64,000 nucleotides of DNA, taken from Mobula birostris. Taxonomy: Eukaryota. The notes under the pieces were generated by a model. It did not search any database, had not been told where the DNA came from, and saw only the letters and a program-made list of their open reading frames with translations. Numbering within the stretch: position 1 is the first letter of the stretch; every line of letters starts with the position of its first letter. Positions 37,190 through 51,164 of this stretch are shown here, in pieces. Location: the NCBI RefSeq assembly GCF_030028105.1, contig NC_092384.1:3825665-3889664 (forward strand), in the 5' to 3' direction. Both the position numbers and the translations under genes were made by a program.

Positions 37190-40100
37190 ACAAATTAAGC
37201 TGGACAAGTAGGTAGTGTTGAGGAAGCAATGCTATGCAGCAGGACTTAGACAAATTCGGAGAATGGGCAAAACAGTACAGTACTGGGAAATGATTGATAA
37301 TGCATTTTCGTAAAAGGAACAATACTGCGGACTATAATCTAAATGGAGTGAAGGTTCAAACATGAGAGGTGCAAATAGATTTCGGAGTACTCGTGCAAGA
37401 CTGCCACATTGAGTCTGTGGTAAAGAAGGCAAATGTCATTTATTTCACCGGAGTAGAATAAAAGAGCAAGGAGGTAATGCTGAATCTTTATGAAACTAGT
37501 CAGACCGCAGTTGGAAAATTGTCAATGTTTTTTTTGCCCAATATCTCCGAAAGCATGTGGTGTAATTGGAGAGAGTTTAGAGGGGATTCACGAGGATAAA
37601 GGGGATTAGATACGAAGAGCATTTGGCAGCTTTGGACCTGTACTCATGGAAAATTGGAAGAATGTGTATGTGTGGCGGGGGGCGGGGGAGGGAGCTGGCG
37701 TTGGTTGATTTCATTGCAACCTACCGAATGTATGGTAATATGGAGAGGATGTTTCCTATGGTGGGGGTGTCCGGAACAAAAGGGCACAGCCTCAAAGATG
37801 AGGGACGACACTGTAGAACAGAAGTAAGGCGGATTTTTATTTTAGCCAGAGAGTAGTAAATCTGTGGAATTCTCTGCCACAGAATGGGGTGGAGGCCAAG
37901 TTCGGACAAACATTTAAGGCGGAAGTTAACCGTTTCCTGACCAGTCATGGCATCAATGGATATGGCGAGAATGCAGATGATTGCGGTTGAGTGTGATCCC
38001 GGATCAGCTATGCTGGAATGGCAGAGCAGACTCGATGGGCTTTATGGTCTAATTCTTTTCCTTTGTCTTATGGTGGGGATATGGATAACAAAATACAGCA
38101 GGAGGTGGAAAAGACGTGTCTGAAAGGCAATGTCTTGATAATGGTTAGGGTTTTGAAGATGAAAGTGGTCTGGGAAACTAGGTCAATACTGGACATCAAG
38201 ACAGAGAATTTGTAGAATGTCTAAAGAATAGCTTTTCACAACAGCTTGTCGGTGAGCCCACTAGGTGATCCGCTGCGCTGAACTGCATATTGTGCAATGG
38301 TGTGGAGGTGATAAGAGAGCTTACGGTTAAGGAGTCCTCAGGGATAAGTGATCACAATATGATGGACTTCACATTGAAATTTGAAGGGAAAAATAAAATC
38401 CAATGTGTCGGTATTTCGGTGGAATAAAGGAAATTACAATGGCATGAGCGGGGTTCTGGCCGAAGTTGACTGGAAACGGACAATTGCAGGAAAGACAACA
38501 GATGAGCAATGGTTGGAGTATCTGAGGAAAATGAGGGAAGTGCAAAACATATACATCCCAAATAAGAAATTTTCAAGGGAAGGAGGACACTACCGTGGCT
38601 GACAAGTGCAGTCAGAGCCAAAGTAAAAACAAAAGAGAGTGTCTACAAGGAAGCCAGAGCTAGTGGGGAGATAGAGGATTGGGGAGCTCTTAAAAACTTG
38701 CAGAAGTAAACAAAGGTCGTTAGAAAGGAAACGATGTATTTTGAGAGGAAGCTGGCTACTAATATCAAAGAAGATACTCAGAGCTTTTTTAAGTATATAA
38801 AGAATAGAAGAGAGTCGAGCGTAGACATAAGACCAAAATAAAATGATACTGCAGATACTGTTATCAGAGATGCAGAGATGGCAGAGGAACTGAATGCACA
38901 TTTTGCATCCGTCATCACAGTGGGAGACGTCTGCAGTAAAGCGGCCATTCATGAGTGTCAGGGAACTGAAGTCTGTGCAGTGAGAATTACGAATGAGAAG
39001 TTGCTCAGGATGCGTAATGGTCTGTGGGTGGATAAACCTCCTGACCCCCTTGGAGTGCATCCTCGGGTTCTGAAAGAAGTAGTTGGAGAGCTTGCGGAAG
39101 CATTAGCAATGATCTTTCAAGAATTGGTAGATTCTGGCAGTGCACCAGAAAATTGCAAATGTCACTCTGCTATTTAAGAAGGATGGGAAGTAGTATAAAG
39201 GAAACTATAGACCTGCTAGCCTGACATCAGTGGTTGGAAAGTTGTTGGAATCAATTGTTAGGAATGAGATTACACAGCACCTGGAGACATCTGACAATAT
39301 AAACCAAAGCCAGCATGGTTTGCTAAAAGGAAAAATCTACCTAACAAACCAGCTGCATTTATTTTAGTACATTACAAGCAGGGTAGACAAAGGAGATGCA
39401 GTAGACGTGATGTACTTGGATTTTCAGAAGGCCTTTGACAAGGTGCCACACGTGAGGCTGTTCAGCAAGGTAAGAGCCCATTGAATTATAGGGAACTTAA
39501 TAGCGTCGGGGAACATTGGCTGGTCGGCAGAAAACAGAGAGTGGGAATAATGAGATCCTATTCTGGCTGGCAGCCAGTTACCAGTGGAGTTCTACAGTGG
39601 TCGGTATTGGGACCACTGCTTTTTAAGATGTACGTCAATGATTTCGAATGCGGTATTAATGGATTGGCTGCTAAATTTGCCGATGAAACAAATGTAAGTG
39701 GAGGAGAGAGTGGTCTTGAAGAAATAAAGAGCTGCAGAGAGACTTAGATAGTTTAGAGGAATGAGCAAAGAAGTGACAAATGAAATACAATGTTGGAAAG
39801 TGTATGGTTATGCACTTTGCTGGAAGAAATAAACGGGTTGTCTATTATTAAGAGATGGAAAGATTTCAAAATACAGAGATGCAAAGGGAGTTGGAAGTTC
39901 TTGTGCAAGGTACCCTAAGCGTTAACCTCCAGGTCGAGTCCGTTGTGAAGAAGGCAAATGCAACGTTGGCATTGCTATCTAGAGGTATCAAATATAAGAG
40001 CAGGGACGTGATGTTGAGGCTCTGAAATGCACTCGTGAGACCACACTTGTATTATTCTGTGCAGTTTTTCGGCTGCTTATTTTAGAAAGGATATGCTGAC

Positions 40101-40610
40101 ATTGGAGAGGGTTCAGAGAAGATTCACGAAATTGATTCTGGGAATGAAAGGTTTACCGTATGAGGACACGCTTTGGCAGCTCTAGGGCTGGATTCCCTGG
40201 AGTTCAGGAGAATGAGGGGGCATCTCACAGAAACATTCCGAATGTTAAAACGCCTGAACAGATTTGATATGGCAAACTTATTTCCAATGGTAGAGGACTC
40301 TAGGACAAGAGGGTATAACTTCAGGATTGAAGGTCGTCCTTTTAGAACTGAGCTACGGAGAAATTACTTTAGTCAGAAGGTGGTAAATATGGAATTTGTT
40401 GCCATAATCGGCTGTGGAAGCCAGGTCATTGGCTGTATTTAAGGCAAAGATTGATAGGCCTTTGATTAGCCAAACCATCAAAGGGTATGGGGTGAAAACA
40501 GGAGAGTGGAGATGACTGGACGAATTGCATCAGTCTATGATTTAATGGCGGAGCAGACTGGATGACCCTAATGACCTATATCTGCTCCTATATCGTATGG
40601 TCTTCTGGTC
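37190..40610 (+). mobile_element. Two degraded CR1-type LINE copies (about 37190-38070 and 38075-40610)
   Basis: Endonuclease-to-RT remnants such as SGWQPVTSGVLQWSVLGPLLF..KFADET, with cttatggt/tatggtctt tails. Confidence 0.85.
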
Positions 40611-43600
40611 TTATCTCAATACCATGTCCTATGAGCCAAACCTATCAAGTGCCTTCTTCACTACCCTGTTCTAGAGTTTCAGCATGTTCTAGCGTGGTAT
40701 GGATTTGCAACACAAGATCAAACTTCTAACTTTCATTTGCTCTATTTTTCATACAAGAGGAATAATCCCAAAATGTAGATGTCAGAATTTTATGGCTATC
40801 TACCACTCCACGAATTATATAATTAGGTATCCATGTTGCAATCGCAACTTGTCAATAGCAAACATCCCGAAAGAATAAAAATCATCCAGTTGTCAAGTTT
40901 GTCCACTATCAAGAAAACCATTTTAGATCCAGTTTGCTAACACGGTTTTTCTTCGTGCTTTAACATACCGGAACTGAGTACAATTTGAAATCTTGTCAAA
41001 AGTATTACAGGAGTTGATGTAAACTAATCTACTGCGTCGTTATATCCCATTTTCTAAGCTCCTTATATTACAGTGTGAACACTCTGCTGCACAGAACCGA
41101 GTCATTCGGCTCGTCTAGCTTACTCTATTGGCCACTGTTCACCCATGTCATCAGCAAATGTTCAAATTATTCTTCCGTGTCTCCAGGGAAAAGGAAATAA
41201 AATAACTGGTCGACAATGTTTTATTTACTCGCAGTGTGCATATGCTGTAGAGAATAATTTGAAAGATCTAGTTTTGCAGGGATCTCTATATTTTCTTTCC
41301 GAATTTGAACACATTTCACACCCTCCATTTATCAATATAGCCAGCATTTGTAAATTCGCCCATCGATGATCTGCGCTCATGATTTGTGCAATTTAGCAAG
41401 CAAAGTTTGGAATGCCAAACGTCCAGCAGTAATGTCTTATCCCATAGCGTTGTTATTTCTTCAAATAATTTCAGAATTTTCATATTGCATGCTCATCTGT
41501 GTACACAATTCGGGCTGTAAGCATATTATGAGCAAGAACCAATAGAAATAAGGCAAGTGCAAGCGGAGTAGACATTATTTTGACTGTGCCAGTGTTTAAA
41601 AAGGCTTTGGCTCATCAGTCCTGGGCGAACTAACGTATCTGGTGAGTTTAGATACAGAGAATATAGACACTTACAGCATATTACAGGATTTTAGGCCCAC
41701 AACGTCGTGCCGACCATATAACCTACTCTAGAAACTGCCAAGAACTTCCCTGGCGCATAGCCCGCTATATTTCTAAGCTTCATGCACCTAACTAAAATGA
41801 TGTAAAATGCCCTATCGCATTCGCGTCCATCACCGTGGCCGGCAGTGCATTCCACCCACACCACTTTCTGTGAAAAGGTTACCCTGGGCATTCCTCACGG
41901 TACCTATTTCCAAGCACCTTAAAACTATGCCTCATCGTGTTAGCCATTTCAGCCCTGGGAAAATAGCTTTGGCTATTCACGATCAATACCCCTCATCAAC
42001 TTTTTCTTCCTTCTTGTTTGTTCATTCCTCGCCTGCTAGGACACAGTAGTGCAATGAGAATGGCTCCAGGAGCAGTGTTCTGTACTGTGTGTAGGATGCA
42101 AGAAGTCTTAGATGCCCACAGTCTCCCGGATGAACATACCGACACCATGTGCACCGAGTTGCTGAGAAAATGTATGAAGGAACTGAAACTGCAGCTCTGT
42201 GACGTTCGATTCACACTGAAGAATGAGGAACTGATAGATAGGAGCTACATGGAGGAAGTCACCTCTGTATTGCAGGAGACAGGTAATTGGATAACTATTA
42301 AGAGGAGGAAGAGAAATGAACAGCCAGTGCATAGTAAGCCTGCGGCCGTTTTTCCCAATAATAAGTGCACATATTCAGATACTGTTAAAGGCAACATCGT
42401 GCTAGGAGTGAGCCACAGTGACCGGGTCTCTGGCACTAACTCTGCTGTTGTAGCTCAGAAGAACAGACAAGTGAACAGGACTGCAGTGCTGATAGTAGAT
42501 CCCACAGTCAAAGAGGCAGAGAGGAGATTCTGTGTGTGTGTGTGTGTTGGAGACACCCGGACTGCATGTTGCCTCTCCAGCGCCATGATCATCGATGTCT
42601 GAGATCGGTCCCATGGCAGTCTCAAGGACGACTGTGCACACCCAGATGCCTTGTTGCATATTGGCATCAATGAGATAGGCGACAAAGACAGGAGGTCTGG
42701 AAGAAGGAATTTAGAGATTGGGTAGAACGCTGAAAACAGGACCTCCCAGATAGTGATCTGTGAATTGCTGCGTGTGCCACATGCAAGTTAGAATAAAAAT
42801 TGGACGATTTGGCAGGTGAATGCTGTGGCTAAGGAACTGGTGCATGGAATATAGATTCAGACATATGGTCATTGGAATCTCTTCTGGGGTAAAGGGACAG
42901 GTTACACATGAAACCAAGGGGTTCCATAATCTTGCGGATAGGTTTGCTAAGAGTTGTTCGGGAGTAGTAAGGTTGTGGTCTACAAGTCAGGACGGGAGAC
43001 AGAAAATGCAGCCTGAAATTAAATGTTGCAACAGTCGTGGGGGATTTTGATATGCAGGTAAATCGGGAAAATAAGTTTGGTGCTGGAATCCATGAAAGGA
43101 AATTTCCAGCAAACCTATGAGGTGGCTTTTTAGAGGAACTAGCTGTTAACCGTTTACACCAACTAGCAGGAAAATTAGCTATTCTGGATGTTGTGCAGTT
43201 AACCGGAAAGATGAGAGAGCTTAAGGTAAAAGTACTCCTATTGGACAGCTGTTAAAATATACCAGAATTCGCGCTAAGCTAAGCTAAAGTCAAAGGCATT
43301 ACCAGGCAATTACTGAGGCATGAGAGAGCACTTGGTCAAAATCACTGGAAATGAAAACTGGCAGGAATGACGGCTGAGCAGTAAAGGTGGAATTTCTGCA
43401 AGCAAATCGACTGTGACTACACCACACATGAGGCTGCTTAACAAATTATGAGCCTATGTTAATACAGGAAATATCCTAGGATGGATAAAGTAGTTTTCAA
43501 TTGTCAGGAGAAAAAGAGTGGGAATAAAGGGAGCCATTTCTGGTTGACTAGGGTTGACTATTGGTGTTTCACAGGGGCCTCTGTTGGGGTTACTTTTGTA

Positions 43601-45379
43601 CGTTATATGTCAATGATTTCGATGACAGAATTGATGGCTTTCGTTCAAGATTTGCCGACGATATGAAGATACGTAAAAGGGCAGGTTGTTTTGAAGAACT
43701 GGAGAAGCTACAAAAGGACGTAAATTTATCATGAGAATGGACAAAGAAAGGTAAGATGGTATACAGTGTCAGGAAAATGTACAGTCATGCACTTGGTTAG
43801 AAGAAATAAAATAATGACTATTTTCTAAATCGAGAGTAATTTTTTTAAAAATGAGTGGTAGTGCAACTTGGGAGTCCCTATTAGTTAGTTTGCGGGTTGA
43901 GTCTGTGGTGAGCAACGCAATTTCAATGTTGGCATTCATCCCAAGAGGAGGGAATAAAAAAAAAATACCGAGAGGTATTGTTGAGACTTTATATAGTACT
44001 GGCATGGCCTCTGTTGGAGTATTATGAGCATGATTGGCCCTGTTATCATAGAAAGACTGTGCTGGCACTGGAAAGGTTTCAAAGGAAGTTCACCGAAATG
44101 ATTGCAGAATTGAACGGCTTCTCATATGAACAGTCGTTGATGGCTCTGGGCCTGCATTCACTACAATTCATTGAAACCGGTCGAATGGTGAAAGGCATTG
44201 ATCGAGTGGAGATGGATAGCATGTTTTCGGTGGCTAGAGACACTATGACCTGAGGTCACAGGGTCTTTTTAGAACATATATGAGGAGGAATTTCTTCACC
44301 CAGAGGGTAGTGAACCTATGGAATTCGGTGACACAGGTGGTTGTGGGGGCCAAATGTTTACCTATATTTAAGGCAGAGGTTGATAGCCTTTTATTGGTCA
44401 AGGGATGAATGGAAACAGGAAGAGGCAGGTGATTGGGGCTGAGAGGAAAAGTGTATCAGCCATGCTGAAATGATAGAGCAGCCTCGGTGGGCCAAATAGC
44501 CTAATTCTGTTCCTAAATCTTATGGTCTTACGCATTGCTTACTGAGTTCCTCTAACATTTGGTATGTGCTAATTATTTATACTTCTCATCATGCAGAAAC
44601 AACTGATTTGGCTTTAATTGTCCTTTGGGGGATTAATAAAAATATTTATTTAATGTCTATTGCCGCTTAGCAACGCCACAGTTTGCCCCTCTTATCATTC
44701 TGCCGTTAATTTACGTGTGAAATCTCAGTGTGAAATGTCTTACTGCTGGTTTATTTCTGAACAGTTACAATTCATAACAGTATGTATTGTGTTATCCCAC
44801 CACTTTGTGGCCACCATCTGTTAATAAACAAAATAGCTGGCATCACCGTTAACGAAATATCATGTATTTCAACAGAAAAGGATGCAAAGTAAATTGAAAG
44901 CTATTTCCAATCTGTTTGAGTAATCATTTTAATTCGTTCACGAGTGACAGGGGCCATGGACAATGTATTAATTGTCCAACCACAAATACTTCTGAACTGT
45001 AGAAGAACTTAAAATCTTTCTGGGTGAAGAAACATTATAGACAAGTTTCCTTTCCTGAAAATCTAACAGTTTTGTCTTTCCCAGTAACGAGCGTAATTTG
45101 CTGCTTTCAAGTATATTTAACTATTATTGAGGCGGGAAAAAATTCTAAGCAGCAGCCGACAGAATAGATCAAGCCGACTCAGAGAGTTGTTTCAGGTTAG
45201 ATTAATCCCTACATATCCAAAGAGCCTTAAATTGTTTCACAATTATAATTTAAATTTATTGAATTGGTCTCTACAAACAGCATTCCAGGCAAATTTCTTC
45301 CTGTGTCTTGGAACATGTAACAATAAGAAACCAAAAGATCAATTATAATCACTGCTGTAAATGGTGATTTTAAATTTCG

Positions 45380-45509
45380 NNNNNNNNNNNNNNNNNNNNN
45401 NNNNNNNNNNNNNNNNNNNNNNNNNNNNNNNNNNNNNNNNNNNNNNNNNNNNNNNNNNNNNNNNNNNNNNNNNNNNNNNNNNNNNNNNNNNNNNNNNNNN
45501 NNNNNNNNN
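45380..45509. other. Assembly gap (130 N)
   Basis: Run of N. It corresponds to the (TCTT)n microsatellite and the 5' half of the hammerhead in copy 1 (about 4356-4440). Confidence 1.
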
Positions 45510-46550
45510 CGACCCGAAACATCGACTCTACCTCTTCCTAGAGATTCTGCCTGACCTGCTGCATTCACCAGCAACTTTTATGTGTGTTGCTTGAAATTCC
45601 AGCATCTGCAGATTTCCTCGTGTTTGCGTTGAGAACCTAAATTAGTTGCATGGCCTTTTCCGTATTCTGCCGTATTAAACCGTGGCGTTCTCTCTTCACA
45701 TATGCTCTGATACTGAAGTCACACATTCTCTCAGAATACTTCGGTTGGTAACGGATAAATAACATGCATCCCAGACATGTAACACTGAACGTCCTTCTCC
45801 TATTGTAGGAAATTTATGCTCCTTACGTTGGTGCACAATGTCTACATGCTGCAGTACCCAAATACGAATCTCAATTCGGAATACAAGTAGCTGGAAAACA
45901 GCCTGCTACTCAATAAATATTATCACTTCAAAATCGGAATAAGAATGATATTTAGGTTCAATATCACCAGCATATGCCGAGAATTTCTTGTTTTGCGGCA
46001 GCATTGCATTGCAATAGATAATACACAAAAAAAAACTAGATAGGTTGTGCAAAAAGAGAGCAAAAATGGTGAAGAAGTGAAGGTGGCTTCCATGTCCATT
46101 CAGAAATATGAGACCGCAAAAACGTTAAGTATGTCTGTCCAGTCTCTTAACTATCCTCGTTGACGTTAACAATAAGTAGTTGGCATGCCCTGTGTGATCC
46201 ACGTACTTAATGATCGATTCCGTTTCTCTGTGACAGCGTCTTTTGAAGATGTGTTGATACTGGAGATGCTCGTGCCCGTCAGACAATAGACCATAAGACA
46301 CCGGAACAGAATCAGGCCATTCAGCCCATCGCATCTGCTCTGTCATCCCATCAAGGCTGATCCCACTTCCCACTCATACTCACACATCTGCCTCCTCGCC
46401 ATATTCTTTGTTGCCGTAAACGATCAAGAAACGATCAATCCGCGTTAAATACTGCATACCCACGCTGTTGGCCTCCACTGAAGTCAGTGGCAGAATATTC
46501 CACAGATTTACCAGTCTTTGGCAAAAACAATCCTTCCTTACCCCTGTTCT

Positions 46551-49500
46551 TGTCATGGTCCGGTCCGTGAAGTCCGCATTCCGGTTCATGGTCTGGTCCG
46601 TGGACTCAGGACTCCGGGTCTTCTAGCTGTCCCTAGATTGACTAAATCAAAGGCACCTGATTCCCATCTTTGGGATGGCAACATAAGCAGCCTTGGGATT
46701 GCGTGTGGGCTGCTGGTTTGTCTTGTCAGTCCCCCTTAGAACAATCTGCTGGTGGAAGGTTAGTGAAACCATTTGTGATCTCTAGGCCTGGTTAGAGCAC
46801 AACTGCTTCATGGAGCCTTGTTGCCACTTGTTGGAGCTGTCTTTGCGGTTTGGATTCGGCTGGTTCCCGGGCCAGCTGAGTGGCTGCCAGCCACTCCGAG
46901 CTAGGGAGGGATCCGGCTGTTTCTGTAGCCAGCTGAGGTTGCTGGCTGAACTGAGACTCGGAGCTACCCCGGAGCAGAGATGGAACTGTCTGTTGTTCTT
47001 TGGTGTTTGTCTTTTCTTGTCCTCGCCTCCGTAGGGTAAGTCAGGCCGTCTTGTCGTTGCCCTGCGGGGGGACCTGCCTTGTCTTTGCCTCTGTTGGGTA
47101 AGTCTGGCTGCCCTGCCATTACCCAACAGATGGACCTGTCACACCCTGCTGTGGAGTAGTTTGACTCCCAACTTGTCTTATGATAAGCCCCGGCTCTATA
47201 TCTACGTTCCGTCCTGTCTCATGTTAGTCTCGTGTTAAAGATGTCCCGCCTTGTCGAAGGATAAGTCCCCACTCTAGGCTGATGTTTAGTTCCCAGTCTG
47301 TGTCTGAGCTCTGAGAACCCAGGCCTCGACGATCCCGCAGCCAAGCTCCTAGAACCCCAGCCTCGACGGTCCAGCAGCCAAGCTCCAAGAAGCCCAGACT
47401 CGAGAATCCCGCAGCCAAGATCCAAGAACCCCAGCCTCGAGGATCTCGCAGCCAAGCTCCAAGAGCCCCAGCCTCGAGGATCTCGCAGCCAAGCTCCAAG
47501 AGCCCCAGCCTCGAGGATCTCGCAGCCAAGCTCCAAGAGCCCCAACCTCGAGGATCTCGCAGCCAAGCTCCAAGAGCCCGAGCCTCGAGGATCTCGCAGC
47601 CAAGCTCCACGAGCCCCAGCCTCGAGGATCTCGCAGCCAAGCTCCACGAGCCCCAGCCTCGAGGATCTCGCAGCCAAGCTCCACGAGCCCCAGCCTCGAG
47701 GATCTCGCAGCCAAGCTCCACGAGCCCCAGCCTCGAGGATCTCGCAGCCAAGCTCCACGAGCCCCAGCCTCGAGGATCTCGCAGCCAAGCTCCACGAGCC
47801 CCAGCCTCGAGGATCTCGCAGCCAAGCTCCACGAGCCCCAGCCTCGTGGATCTCGCAGCCAAGCTCCACGAGCCCCAGCCTCCAGGATCTCGCAGCCAAG
47901 CTCCACGAGCCCCAGCCTCGAGGATCTCGCAGCCAAGCTCCACGAGCCCCAGCCTCGAGGATCTCGCAGCCAAGCTCCACGAGCCCCAGCCTCGAGGATC
48001 TCGCAGCCAAGCTCCACGAGCCCCAGCCTCGAGGATCTCGCAGCCAAGCTCCACGAGCCCCAGCCTCGAGGATCCCGCAGCCAAGCTCCACGAGCCCCAG
48101 CCTCGAGGATCCCGCAGCCAAGCTCCAAGAGCCCCAGCCTCGAGGATCCCGCAGCCAAGCTCCAAGAGCCCCAGCCTCGAGGATCCCGCAGCCAAGCTCC
48201 AAGAGCCCCAGCCTCGAGGATCCCGCAGCCAAGCTCCAAGAGCCCCAGCCTCGAGGATCCCGCAGCCAAGCTCCAAGAGCCCCAGCCTCGAGGATCCCGC
48301 AGCCAAGCTCCAAGAGCCCCAGCCTCGAGGATCTCGCTCCAAGAGCCCCAGCCTCGAGGATCTCGCAGCCAAGCTCCAAGAGCCCCAGCCTCGAGGATCT
48401 CGCAGCCAAGCTCCACGAGCCCCAGCCTCGAGGATCTCGCAACCAAGTTCCACGAGCCCCAGCCTCGAGGATCTCGCAGCCAAGCTCCACGAGCCCCAGC
48501 CTCGTGGATCTCGCAGCCAAGCTCCACGAGCCCCAGCCTCGAGGATCTCGCAGCCAAGCTCCACGAGCCCCATACCTCGAGGATCTCGCAGCCAAGCTCC
48601 ACGAGCCCCAGCCTCGAGGATCTCGCAGCCAAGCTCCACGAGCCCCAGCCTCGAGGATCTCGCAGCCAAGCTCCACGAGCCCCAGCCTCGAGGATCTCGC
48701 AGCCAAGCTCCACGAGCCCCAGCCTCGAGGATCTCGCAGCCAAGCTCCACGAGCCCCAGCCTCGAGGATCTCGCAGCCAAGCTCCACGAGCCCCAGCCTC
48801 GAGGATCTCGCAGCCAAGCTCCACGAGCCCCAGCCTCGAGGATCTCGCAGCCAAGCTCCGCGAGCCCCAGCCTCGAGGATCTCGCAGCCAACCTCCAAGA
48901 GCCCCTGCCTCGTGGATCTCGCAGCCAAGCTCCGCGAGCCCGAGCCTCGAGGATCTCGCAGCCAAGCTCCACGAGCCCCAGCCTCGAGGATCTCGCAGCC
49001 AAGCTCCACGAGCCCCAGCCTCGAGGATCTCGCAGCCAAGCTCCACGAGCCCCAGCCTCGAGGATCTCGCAGCCAAGCTCCACGAGCCCCAGCCTCGAGG
49101 ATCTCGCAGCCAAGCTCCACGAGCCCCAGCCTCGAGGATCTCGCAGCCAAGCTCCACGAGCCCCAGCCTCGAGGATCTCGCAGCCAAGCTCCACGAGCCC
49201 CAGCCTCGAGGATCTCGCAGCCAAGCTCCACGAGCCCCAGCCTCGAGGATCACGCAGCCAAGCTCCACGAGCCCCAGCCTCGAGGATCTCGCAGCCAAGC
49301 TCCAAGAACCCCAGCCTCGTGGATCTCGCAACCAAGCACCAAGAACCCCAGCCTCGTGGATCTCGCAGCCAAGCTCCAAGAACCCCAGCCTCGAGGATCC
49401 CGGGGCAATGTCATGTCCTTGCCTGGATCTGACGTCGGAGCAGTCCGAGGCAAGACTCGGTTTCTGGGTCCTTGTCCATTCTCGTCCTCGGAGTCCAAGC

Positions 49501-49678
49501 CTTGTCTCCTAGACCATGGTTCCTTCGCCTGGCCCCGCTTTCTCTAGCCCAAGTCTGCATTCTTGTGCCTGCTCCTGGTCTGAAACCTGTCATGTCCCTA
49601 CTCTAGACAAGTCCTTTTCCTTGTAATTCAGTGTCTGTGTCTTGCATTTGAGTCCATTCCCAGCACCACAGTGTGATA
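46551..49678 (+). mobile_element. Solo LTR (3.1 kb including an internal minisatellite), present only in copy 2
   Basis: Termini TGTCATGG...GTGTGATA. Flanks GTTCT (46546-50) and GCTCT (49679-83). The empty site gttc|taaaat is at ~5467-5476 in copy 1. Same family as the LTR at 6904-8346, in the opposite orientation. Confidence 0.85.
47324..49400. repeat. 37-bp minisatellite, ~56 units (CCTCGAGGATCTCGCAGCCAAGCTCCACGAGCCCCAG)
   Basis: Direct tandem units without spacers, 68% GC, 3 CpG and one XhoI site per unit, with block-wise variants. Confidence 0.97.
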
Positions 49679-51164
49679 GCTCTAAAATGTCACCACTCAG
49701 TTTTGAGGCTGTGCCCTCTAGTTCTCTATTTCCCCCACCTTGGGAAACATTATCTCCATATCCACCATACCTCGTCCATTCACCATCCGGTAGGTATCAA
49801 TGAGATCCCAACTCATTCTTTTCCATTCCACTAAGTACAGGCCCCAGCTGCCAAACGCTCCTGATATTTAACCCTCTTAATTCCTGGAATCATCCTCTGG
49901 ACTCTTTCCAATGACAACATATTCTTACCGAGATATGGGGCCAAAACTGCAGCCAATATTCCCGGCAACCTGACGAATGTTTTACAAAGGTTCAGAGTTA
50001 TCTTCTGGCTTTTATATTCGTTTTCCTTTGATATAAATGTCAACATTGCAATTATCATCTTTACCACGGACTCTACCTGTAAATTTACCTTCTGGGAGTC
50101 TTGCACGAAATCTCCTAAGTCCTTCCGCCCCTCCGATGTGTAAACCTTCTCCCTATTTAGATAATAGTCCTCATTATTGTTTCTTTTACCAAAATGCATT
50201 ATCATACATTTCTCAACATTATATTCCACCTGCCATATTTGCCCATTCTTCTAATTTGTCTAAGTCTTGCTGCATCTGCATTGCTTCGACAGCACTACCT
50301 AACCCTCCATGGATCTTCGTATCATTCGAAACCCGCCACAAGACCATCAATTCTATTATCTAGATCGCTGACAAATATTGTGAGAAGCAGTGGTCCCAAT
50401 ACTGACCCTTGAGGAAAACCAGAAAAAACCCTTTTATTTCTACTCCTGCCCCCTATCTCTCAGCCACTCCTCCACCAATGTCAGTATCATTCCTGTAACG
50501 CCATAGGATCTTGTTACGTAGTATCATGTTTGGCAAGTTATCAAGTGCCTTCTGAAAATCCCAGTAAATGTCATTCACTGCCTCTCCTTTCTCCACCCTG
50601 CTTTGTTATATCCTTGAAGGACTATTACAGATTGGTCAGGTAAGATTCCCCTTGAGAGAAACCACACCAACTTTGACGTATTTTATCATTAGTCTCTAAG
50701 TATCTTAAAACCTCATACTTAATAACATACTCTAAACATTTCCCAACAACTGCGGTTAGGCTACCAGGCTTATAATTTTCATTATTTTGCCTTCCTCCAT
50801 CCTTAAGGGGTTGGGTAACATTTGCAATCTTTCAGTCTTCCGAGACCATGCCAGAATCAAGTGATTCTTGAAAGATTACGAGCAACGCATCCGCTATCTC
50901 TTCAGCAACCTCTCTCAGGACTCTGGGACCGACCGACCATAACACCGTTCAGTTTACCTCGCACGTTTTAACGTTTTAATAGCAGTGACACTCAGTCCTG
51001 CTCCCTGACAATCACAGCCCTCTGCCAGACAGCTAGTGTCTTCCACTGTAAAAACAGATGCAAAATACCTTTTAGTTCATCTGCGATTTCTTTGCCCCCC
51101 AATATCAACTCTTAGCTCCCTGTCACCTTTATATAACCGACAAAAATTGGCATCCTGCTTTATA

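Noticed and set aside
47324-49400. CRISPR-like 37-nt repeats
   Set aside because: The units are head-to-tail with no unique spacers, there are no cas genes, and the context is vertebrate.
47219-49547. Long ORFs (347-703 aa) on both strands
   Set aside because: They are translations of a stop-free 37-bp minisatellite, with 37-aa periodicity in every frame. There is no domain content or splice context.
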